Source: Eubacteriales bacterium
GTDB lineage: Bacteria > Bacillota > Clostridia > Oscillospirales > CAG-382
Direction of reading: 5' to 3'
Length of the DNA stretch: 64,000 nucleotides
NCBI GenBank assembly: GCA_045540015.1
Contig: JAZQGP010000014.1
Span: forward strand, 2,850-66,849
How positions within the stretch are numbered: position 1 is the first letter of the stretch; every line of letters starts with the position of its first letter. This document shows positions 7,739 through 18,600 of this stretch, piece after piece. The position numbers were made by a program, and so were the translations under genes. Below the pieces are notes generated by a model that had not been told where the DNA came from, did no database searches, and saw only the letters and a list, made by a program, of their open reading frames with translations.

Positions 7739-9358
7739 TTAGTAACCGCGGTTTACGAGGTATTTGTTCACAATTCCAAAGATTTCGGCAGGCGAATAAT
7801 TGTTTCGACCGTTTCCGTCGCAAAGGATAATTATGGAATATTTTGGCATATTTTCAGGGTAAATGCCGCAAAACCAGGTATGCAGTATTTCCTTGCCGTT
7901 TTTGCTCTTCTGACCAGTCTGTGCAGTCGCGGTTTTTCCTCCCGAAGATACGCCTGAAAGGTGTGCTTTTCTGCCTGTTCCCTCCTCTACACATTTTTTC
8001 ATCATGCTGCGTAATTTTTCGCATGTTTCGTCCGACAAAACCCGAATCGGAGCATTTTTTTGCGTCTTGTGCAACGTACCGTTTTTGTATATTCCTTTTA
8101 TGACGGAAAGCGTCGGTACAAAACCCGTTCCCGCGGCGTTTGTCACATTGACAAGGTCAAGGGGAGATAAAAGCAGCGGACCCTGACCGAAGGAGATGTT
8201 TGCAAGGAGATTTTCGGGACAATTTGCACTATTTGGGAGCTTTGCGGCGCTTGATTTGAGGGTGTCGGCGAAAACGGCACTTCCCACTCCCATTTTGTTT
8301 GCTGTGTCAAGTATTGCTTCAATCCCGATTTTCCTGCCAAGCTCGATAAAATATGTGTTGCAGGAATTGGCAAAGGCATCCGATAAATCCAGCTTTCCGT
8401 GTCCGCTTGTGTTGTGACAGCGGAAAATGTCCTCGCCGACAGCGATACTTCCTTTGCAGTCGCAGACAAACTCCGAAAGATTTTGATTTTGCTCAAGAGC
8501 TGCTGCGGCAACAACCATTTTAAAGACGGAGCCCGGTGTAAACAGAGAGGTTGCCCTGTTTAGCAGCTCGCCCCTGTCTGAGGAAAGGCTTTTGGCAATA
8601 TTTTCGGGATCGTAGGAAGGATAGCTTGACAGGGCGAGAATGTCGCCGCTGTTTATGTCCGTGACAACAACGGCACCCATATCAAGGATGTTTTGTCCGA
8701 GGCTGTCGGTAAAGCGTTGAAGGTCTGCGTCAATCGTAAGAACCAGCCCGTCATCCTTTGTGTAGCCATCATCGTATATTTCAAATAAAGAACCGTTTAT
8801 GCTTCGGGACATGGCGTTTGCTTCAAAGCGTGCATAAATACGCCCCGACAAAGCCGAAAGACTGCTTTTGCAATCAAGCAGAAGTCCACTCACGGGAGCG
8901 TTGTCCGAGTTTTTGTAGCCTACAAGATGTACTGCATCTGAAAAGTTTTCTTCATATATATAGTAGCAGTATACGCCGTCTGTTCTCTCTGCAATTGATA
9001 AATCCGCATCCGCAGGAGCTGTCAGAGTAAAAACCTTTCCTTCATACAGATGTGAATACACCTCGGAAAGAGGAACCGAGCATAAGAGAGCTATGTTTTT
9101 GGCGGCAGAGGAAATGTTTTTTGTTATAAGTGCAGGGTTTACGGTTACCGATACGTGAGAAATCCTATGGGAAATAAGCTTTCCGTTTGTATCATATATA
9201 AAGCCGCTTCGCTCTGCAATGTCAAGCCTTCTTGTGTATTGCCCCGAAAGCACTGTGCGGCTTTTGTTTCCGCTTGAGAGCACATACAGCCGTACCGTCA
9301 GAAACGACAGACACATAAGGATTGTAAAATACATGGCGGCAACACGCTTTACGGACAT
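7739..9358 (-). CDS. Class B penicillin-binding protein (SpoVD/FtsI-like transpeptidase)
   Basis: N-terminal TM segment, dimerisation region, and transpeptidase motifs SVFK, SCN and GKTATA. AAGGAG lies 7 nt upstream of the ATG at 9358. Confidence 0.85.
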   Translation of the reverse strand: MSVKRVAAMYFTILMCLSFLTVRLYVLSSGNKSRTVLSGQYTRRLDIAERSGFIYDTNGKLISHRISHVSVTVNPALITKNISSAAKNIALLCSVPLSEVYSHLYEGKVFTLTAPADADLSIAERTDGVYCYYIYEENFSDAVHLVGYKNSDNAPVSGLLLDCKSSLSALSGRIYARFEANAMSRSINGSLFEIYDDGYTKDDGLVLTIDADLQRFTDSLGQNILDMGAVVVTDINSGDILALSSYPSYDPENIAKSLSSDRGELLNRATSLFTPGSVFKMVVAAAALEQNQNLSEFVCDCKGSIAVGEDIFRCHNTSGHGKLDLSDAFANSCNTYFIELGRKIGIEAILDTANKMGVGSAVFADTLKSSAAKLPNSANCPENLLANISFGQGPLLLSPLDLVNVTNAAGTGFVPTLSVIKGIYKNGTLHKTQKNAPIRVLSDETCEKLRSMMKKCVEEGTGRKAHLSGVSSGGKTATAQTGQKSKNGKEILHTWFCGIYPENMPKYSIIILCDGNGRNNYSPAEIFGIVNKYLVNRGY

Positions 9359-9560
9359 AAAAAACTCCTTTACAGAAAAAATGAACATTTATGAGCACAA
9401 GGAAAATGTTAAAAATCTTCAAACAACGCGAGGAGGAATAAAAAACGGCTGAGTATAACATCAACATGTTGTTTTAGAAAGAGGAAATTTGCGCATATGT
9501 AGTTTTTTTCGGGGAATGTATACTTTATGCACAAAATGGGTGAATTTTTTTGGTATTCTA

Positions 9561-9589
9561 TTGACTTTTTTGTAATTTGCATATATAAT
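9561..9589 (+). promoter_or_regulatory. Sigma-A type promoter of the giant surface protein gene
   Basis: TTGACT (9561-9566), a 17-nt spacer, TATAAT (9584-9589). Confidence 0.55.
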
Positions 9590-9665
9590 ATCGATGTATC
9601 CCTATACGTATGTAAAAGCATAAGTATTTGGGGAAGAAACAATTTTTGTAAGGAGTGCAGACCCC

Positions 9666-12600
9666 ATGAAAAAAATCCTAAGTATTATCCTGTGTCTGTC
9701 GATGCTTATGTCAAGCGTTGCTTTTGCTGCGCCTGTTAATATGGCACCGATTGATGTTGAGAGTGCTGTTGAAGAAACTCTCGCAGGACCCGAAATTGAA
9801 GCAGAGCTTTCCGCAATTCTCCCTGCTCTTGCACCCGTTTCAACTTATCCCGAAAACGGCGCTGCAGATGTCAGCCTCGGAGACATCGCGTATAAGGTAA
9901 CCTTCGACAAGGCTGTCAAAGCCGAAGATGTTACCCTTGAAAATCTCGCATCCGACTATGTTGGTGCTATCCACTTTGACAAGGATACCAACACCGTATA
10001 TCTCTTCCCGAAGACTGAATATAAGAATTATACATACGGATACGATGTGGGAACTACATTTAGCTTCCCCGAAATTAAATCGAATATTCCTACGGCTGAC
10101 GGACAGAACAGCCTCTATTTCCCTGCGGTTTCCTATACTATAGGCATGTCTCACGGTGATGACGGCGAGAACATGGTTCCGTACGGAAATATGGAATACG
10201 GATTTATTCCGATAGCTTCCGCTCATGTTACAGCAATTGAAGAGGAAGACGGAAACCATTATGTAAGTGTAACGAAAAATCCCTCATCAGGTAATAAGAA
10301 CTGGATATATATTTATGCTCCTGTTCACTTTGAACCCAACACGGAGTATAAGTATTCCTATAATGTTAAGGCTTTGGAGGTTGTTCCTGCAATTGCCGGT
10401 GTTGATAAATCTGCTGCGCGTACTACCATAAGATACTCGCCTTCCGACCACAGCGACAGAAAGACTCATAATGGAGATAGTAAGGCTATCTCTGTAGGCG
10501 GCGGATGGGTAACCGTAGGCGGCACTTATACTACAGGTGAAGTTACCTCTACCGCGGGTGACTCGCTTGCATGCTATGTTGAGCCTCCCAAGAACGGTGC
10601 CGGCCAGGAACAGGATGCATCAATGAATTACCTTATTGATAACATTGAGCTTATCAAGAAGGTTAAGCATACATTCTCGGCAGACAGCAGAACAACTCTT
10701 GTAGGTACTGCTCCTGCGACAATTTCCGGCTATAACGGAGATACGATTGCACTTCCTGCTACAACAGCATTTGAACCCAAGGACGACAGATGGGAAATTA
10801 CCGGCTGGACTGACGGAGAAAATTACTACATGCCCGGCGAAGAAATAACCGTTGACGGCGCTAAAAACTTTACTCCTTACCTTGAAACCGAATATAATGT
10901 ATTTAACATTTCGTTCTCGTCAGAGCAAACGGGTGTTACACTTCCCAGAGCTTTTGATATGTTTGAAGGCGATATTGTTGACCTTACAACTTCAGAGTAT
11001 CAGCCTTCAAAGCTTGGATACTGGTTTGACGGCTGGTCTGTAAAGGGCTCGGATGAGATTATCACCTCTTTGACTGTAACAGAGGACACCGAGCTTGTTG
11101 CAAACTTTACTCTCGTTACCGAATGGGACTTCAGAAAGAAGGCTCATTTTGACCAGTTGAATGCAGATAAATGTACTATTGAATACAGCCCGACCAGCGG
11201 TGTTATTGTAACGCCTACCAATATGGACAATATCATCAAACCCCTCAATCAGATGATTATCAATGCAGCTGATTACGGCACAATAGAGATGGTATTTGAT
11301 AAAAACATAACTTCTTTCGTATCAGAGAGCACAAGAAGTCTTGTTTTGCGTTATACCGAGCCTTCAAATCCACATGGTTGGAATGAAGCAAAGACTATAA
11401 GAGACTGTAAGTTTGACCGCTATGAAGGCGAGAACGGCATTGTTTTCAGATACGACATGACAACAAAGGATACATGGAAAGGTGATATCGGATATTTCAG
11501 AATCGACCCCGTGGATTCAATGGATAAATGGGCTTTGATAAGACTTACCCTTATCCCGAGTGAGGACATTGAAGCTGTTGAAATTACAGACCTTGATGAG
11601 CCTGAACTGAGAACAGAGCCTGATACAACGGTTTCTGTTCCTGCAGATGCAGACTATACTGTTCAGTCTGTTACATGGACTCCTGCAGTTGAAAGCATCT
11701 TTGCTCATGATACAGCGTATACCGCAAATGTTACATTGAAGTCAAATCCCGGATGCCGTTTCACAGCAGAAACTACTGCAACAATCAACGGTACAACCGT
11801 ACCCCTTATAATCAATGCAGATAAAACTGCAACAGTTTCCTATAAGTTCGCTGCAACGGCATCTCTTGCAGAAGTTACCGTAACTGCAGACAAGAGCGTT
11901 ACAACTATTGAGGGCGAGAATACACTCGACCTTTCCGCAACCGTTGCAACAGTTAACCCCGATGATACAATCGATACTGATGCTGTGACATGGGGCGTTG
12001 ACAATGAGAGCATCGCGGTTGTTGAAGGAAATGTTTTAAAGCCTCTTGATAACGGTACAGTAAAGGTTACCGCAACAAGTGTATATGACCCCACAAAGAC
12101 AGATTCCTTTACAGTTACTATATCGGGACTTACCCTTTACACTGTTACCTTTAACGCGGGTACAACAGCAACTGTTACAAATCTTCCCGATTCTATCAGA
12201 TGCAGAAGAGATGTTGACCTCAAGAGTATTGCAGCTCCTAAGAGAGACGGATATATCTTCCTCGGCTGGAAGACCGCTACCTATGCAGAAGAAACTGTTA
12301 ACAGCATCTTTGTAGAAGAAGATACGACTCTCTACGCAACATGGGCCGAAGGCGTAATTTACGATTTCTATACCATTCCGAGTGAAATTAAGTTTAATAA
12401 GTTTGATGTAGAGCATGATCCTGTTGCGGGAACAGTTAAGCTCACGACAAATACAGATGACCCGCAGATTGAAATTAATAAAGCCTACAATGCTTCAACT
12501 AAGACCGGAGGTGTTGTTGACGGACGTAAATTCAGCAAGATTGAAGTAAGACTTGCTTCTTCGGTTGCATGTAATGTAGGTACCTACTTTACATCTGTAG

Positions 12601-15600
12601 ATGCTGATACAGGAAACTATGTCAGCGCCGGCTACGGCACAAGTCCGACTCAGTATTTAGCCTCATGGAAATCAGGAACAAGCGGAGGCGGCTCACTTGA
12701 CAGCTTCTTTACATCTGTAATCGACTATTCCGCATATACACCCTGGACCACGGGTATTATCAATAGTATAAGAATGGACCCGCCGGATACAGAAGGTAAT
12801 GTTTATATCGTTGACTATATCCGCATGATGAATATTGTCGAGGAGTATGTTGATATCGCTGCAATTGACGCACCTGCTGTTATGGCAGAGGCTGCGACAA
12901 CTGCAGAAGCTCTTGCGGCAGGCAAGTTTGAAGTTAAGAAGGTAGAATGGGACAAGGAGCTCTTTGAGGGCAAGTATTTCTATGACAATACTGTATACAC
13001 GGCAAAGATTACCGTTGCTCCCAAGGCAGGAACCAAGGTTTCCGAAACCGCGGTTGCAACAGTCGGCGGCAAGGCAGCTACACTTTCCGACAACGGCGAC
13101 GGAACATACCTTGTTACTTATACATATCCCGCAACCGAGGATCTTACAGACGTTAAGGTTGTGATTGACGAAACAAATAACGCAATTACTACAGCCGACG
13201 GCAAGCTCACTCTTTCCGCAGAGGTTCTTGATGTTGAAACAAACGAGCCTATCTCAGAACAGGGTATTGTATGGACAGCAACGGGTTCTGTTGACGGAAG
13301 CTTCTCTATCGACGGAAACGTGCTTACAGCTATATATGATGACAATGATGTAACGGTTACCGCAACAAGCGTATATGACCGTACAAAATCTGCATCCTAT
13401 AAGATTACCATTTCAAACCAGATTCCTCCTTACACTCTTAAATTCCAGAACGGTACAAACGGGGTAGTTACTAACCTTCCTTCTGAATATAAGGGCAAGG
13501 GAACGGTAAAGCTTTCACAGTTCAAGAAGCCTGTAAGAGAAGGCTTTAGCTTCCTTGGATGGATGACAGATCCGAGAGGAACAGAAACTGTTGACAGCAT
13601 TGTTCTTAACAAGGATACAACCCTTGTTGCTAAATGGGTTTCCGGTCTGGTGTTTGAATTTAACACAGACGGAGACGCGGAAGGCTGGAAAGCCAATACT
13701 CCCAGTCACTTTAGTGAACTTGGCGTCAAAGATGGTTCATTAAACTTTACATCAGCAGTTGGTGACAACCAGCTTTACTTAACCGATATCAACCTCAATG
13801 CCGATGTTCATAAGAAGATAGAAGTAAGAATTTCTTCTAATACAGCTTCAAGCTTTGAGCTGTTCTTCAAGTCTACATATTGCTCAAATTATGCCGGAGG
13901 AGCAGCTAACAGTACCGGTGCGGGTTATTCTGCAACCGGTGCGGGAAAATATACAATTGTTACTTTCGATATGAGCAAGGTTGCAAACTGGAGAGGAACG
14001 GTTTCATCAATCCGTCTTGACCCTTCAACAAAAGCAGGTGTTAGTGCAAAGATTGACTATATCCGTATTGTGGAAGATGTTAACGAATATGTTGACATCA
14101 CAGGCATCACTGCTCCTGTTGCAAAGGCAGTTGCAGACACAAGCGCTGTAAGTGCGGATACTTCAAAGTATATCGTTAAGAGCGTAAGCTGGTCTCCTGC
14201 TCTTCTTTACAACGAGTATCATAACGGTGATACAGCATATACCGTAACCGTTAAGGTTGCAGCAGCAAACGGTGCAATTCTTTCTGACGGACCTTATGCT
14301 ACTATCAACGGAAAGACCGCAACCACAAAGGCTAACAGCGATGGAACGGTAGATGTTTCATATACATTCACCAAGACAGCATCTATAGAAAACACAGATG
14401 CTATTGACGTTAACCTTGTATTGAAGAAGGACGGCAATCCTTATACAAAGACCAAAAAGGTATTTGTAGGCGACAAGATGACAATTGACTTCAGCCTTGT
14501 TGAAAACATCGCCGGCGGTGTACGCTGGGTTGGCTGGGCAGAAGTTGACGGCGATCCTTCTACTATATTTGAGGGCGAATTCACCGCAGAAAGCGGAAAG
14601 AACAGAACTTTCTATGCTCAGTATGAGGATGTTCTTGGATTTGATTATACTAACAAGTATCACCAGAACAGAAATGCAGCATACAACGCAAAGCTTACCT
14701 TCAGCGAAGGCGCTGCAGTTGTTACGCCTAATTCCGCTACCGCAGATGCAAGGCTTGCAACAGATACAATGCATCTCTTGACTACCGATTATGCATATGC
14801 AGAAGTAGTATTTGATGCAGCTCTCAGCACAGGAATAACTGTTGATTCAGAGCCGAGTCTGTACTTCTCGTACTACACGGCAACTACCGCATTTGCAAAC
14901 GAGCGCAACGGAAAGCTTATTTCTGCCGAAGAAATTGAAGACGACGGAAGAAAGGCTATAAAGTTTACCTACGACCTCGCTTCCAACGACAACTGGAAGG
15001 GTTATATCGGCAAGTTTGCCATAGATCCTTACAACGGCACTCCTGCATGGGCAGTAAGAAGCATCAAGCTCATTCCCACAGAATATACGAACGAACCTAT
15101 TAACATTACGGGTATTGTTGCTCCCGAAACATGGGAAACTCCTAATACCGCAGTTGATAAGGGAACCAACTTTACAGTTAAGTCTGTTACATGGGATACA
15201 AGCGATCTCAATGACGCAGGCGCATACAAGCCTGAAACTGCATACTCAGTAACAGTTGTTGTAAAACCAGAAACAGGCTATAAGTTCAATCCCGAGGATG
15301 TTGCTCCCGTAACAATCAACGGTGCAACCGTTACAAGCGTAACTGTTAACACCGATGATAATACAATTACCGCGGTCGGCACATTCCCTGCAACACTGCC
15401 CTTCAAGGATATTGAAGTTACAGTTTCCGGTCCTGCAACAATTGCAAAAGCCGGACGTTACGAAACATACAAATATACAATTGAGACTGTTGACGGTTCT
15501 GCATTGCCTATGAACAAGGCAACCTTCGGAATATCCAAGATACTTGACGGAAACGGCGATGAGGTTGCACAGGCTGACTATGATGAATACGCAACCTTCG

Positions 15601-18600
15601 ATACAGCTACTTCAAGACTCTATCCTCTTCTCAACAGCACAGTTACAATCAGAGCAACAAGTGTATACAATCCCGCAGAATACGGCGAAATTACAGTTGT
15701 TGTTACAAACCAGAGAGAACAGCATCTGGTTACATATGATCTCAATACTACCGATGCTGTTACAGGCAGTGCTCCTGCTCCCGAATATGCATCCGGAGCA
15801 TTTACTCCTTCTAATTGTACAGCCACAAGAGACGGCTACTTCTTCTCAGGCTGGTCGCTTGAGCCGGATGATGCAAATACTGTTTCTACAGTAAATGTTA
15901 CCGGTGCAACAACCCTTTACGCAATCTGGGGTAAGGGTATAAGCTATGACTTTACAACATCTGCGATACCGAGCGAAATCAGATTCAACAGATTTGATGT
16001 ATTGCACGATACCGATGCAGGTGTTATCACGATTACTGCTAACGGAAACGACCCGCAGATGAATATCAATAAGGCATATTCCTCTGCATCCAAGACCGGT
16101 GGCGTTGCTGACGGACGCGTATATAAAAAGGTTGTTGTAAGAGTTTCTTCTGAAAAGCTGAGTACTTCATGGAGTATGTACTTTACTTCTGTGAATCCCG
16201 AGAACGACAAAGAAGCTGTCAGCCCCGGATATTCGAGTTCTAACCCCGGTCCGTATGTAAGCACTTTTAAAAGCCAGGCGCTTTCCGGTGGTTCGCTTGA
16301 CGACTTTACCATTGTTACGTTTGACTATTCTTCGTTTACACCCTGGACTACGGGTATTGTAAACTCCGTCAGAATGGACCCGCCGGATACAGCCGGAAAT
16401 GCGTATGCGATTGACTATATCAGATTTATATCTGATAACAGAGAGGTTGTATTTAACGCAAACGGCGGAGCAATAGATAACGGTGAAACCTATAAGATGA
16501 CTGCTGATGTCGGAACAAACAGCGTTCCTTTCACGCCCACAAGAGTAGGCTACGCCTTCATGGGCTGGTGCAAGAGCGCAGACGGTACAGGCAAGCTTTA
16601 TGGCGGAAACACAGTTAAGGTTGTTGACGATACTACCTTCTATGCAATCTGGGCACCTTCTGCAGACCTTTCCGATGAAAGCTCTGTAACAACAGAAGAT
16701 GAAGCAGATGCAGAAAACATAACTGTTACAGCAGATGAAGATAAGCTTTCCATCACAACAAGCGCAAATGCTGCTCCTGTTATCGCAATAGCAGATGCAA
16801 TGACTGTTGATGCTTCCTCTAACACTCTTCTTATTAAGCTTGACTACAGCTATAACTCGATGACAGATGACAAAATGTACATCAAGTTTACTGCCGGCGG
16901 CACAGAGTATACAGAAGAAATAAAGACAGGTCTTGCAAGCAAGCTTGATACAGACTACATTTCTGCAGATCTTTCCGGAATAGCAGACTTCAGCGGAGAT
17001 GTTGAAAATGTTTCACTTGTACTTCCCGAGGGTAAGATTAATAGTCTTAACATTTATGAGCTCTCGCTCACAAGTGCTGCTCTTGCAGAGAGCGCAATAG
17101 AAAGCTTCTATACAGGTGATATGGGTGTTTCATCGCCTGAGGTTACAATCGGCAACGGTGATGACGGTTCTGATCCCAAGACCTACGCTCCCACAACTCA
17201 GCCTGAAAATCCTGCAGGTACAGTGGGCGGCGGTTCTCAGCTCGGCGGCAGCGTTGGTACAAACAAGAACGATGTTGCAGGCGGAACAGGCTCAGGTACA
17301 ACAATGAAGGTTCCCGAAGCTACCGGTAATAATACAGGTACGGGAACAGGTACAGGTACAACAACACCTGTTGTATCAACTCCTGCAATTGAAAACAACT
17401 TTAAGTATATCAACGAGTTTAAAGCAGGCACCTTTACAGACGTTGTAAGTTCCGACTGGTTCTACGGCGACGTTGAAAAGTCCTATAAGCTTGGTCTTAT
17501 GAACGGTGTCGGCGGAACAACCTTTGATCCTAACGGCTCTGTTACAATTGCTCAGGCAATTACGGTAGCGGCAAGAATTCATTCAACCTGCGTAAAGAAG
17601 TCCGTACCTGATGCAAAGAGCGGAGAACAGTGGTATACTCCTTATGTGAACTATGCAATTGATGCAAAGATTATCACGAAGGGCCAGTTTGCTGACTATA
17701 CCGCAAAGGCAACAAGAAAGCAGGTAGCTCAGATATTTGCTAATTGCTCGCCTGCAGGATGGCTTAACACAATTAATATGTTTAATTCCATCCCCGATGT
17801 GACTTCCACAGATGCAGCATTCAGTGCAATCCTCTCGCTTTACAATGCAGGTATTCTCACTGGTATTGACGCAACCTATAAGTTCAACCCCAATGCAGAT
17901 ATCAAGCGAAGCGAAATGAGTGCTATCATTAACCGTGTTGCAATTCCCGAAAGCCGTATCAGAGTTGTAACAGATGTTGAAAAGAACGAAGCTGCATGGA
18001 TTGGTCTTACAACATGTGAAGACACAGCAAAGTCAGGCTTCTATGTAACTCAGACCAATAATTCACTTACAGTTGTTGACGATCCTACAAATCCCGATAA
18101 CAAGGTATTTAAGATTGATACAGTAAAAGACAGCAAGATTTGGTCGTACATCTGGCATAAGATGCGTCTTAAGGGTGGAGAAACTTATAAGATAGAATTT
18201 GATATATATCTTGTTTCTGCATATAACGGCGCAGCAGTTACCGAAACGAATATCGGTCTTAACTTCCGTTATGGTAACAAGGATCATGGCTTTGGTGCAG
18301 GAAAGATTGCTCCCGGCAAATGGGTTCATGTAAGCAAAGAACGCAAGATTGAGGACGGTTATACGTTTACTGCAGGAGATATGTTCGGTATTTATCTCGA
18401 TCCTGTAGATGATAAGGGATGTGTATACCTTGTAGATAACCTCTCTGTTATCCCTGCAAGCGGAAGCGCATCAATCGGTTCTTCCACAGGCAGCTCTTCA
18501 GGTTCTACCGCGACAGTAACTCCCAGCGCAAATTCAGTGAACTCCATTAAGTTTACAAGCGCTGATGATTTCAAAGCATACAACGTAGACGGTCTTACAG

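Noticed and set aside
17335-17365. GGTACN hexanucleotide microsatellite as a phase-variation switch
   Set aside because: The repeat unit is a multiple of three and encodes a Gly-Thr linker. Slippage would change linker length only, not the reading frame.
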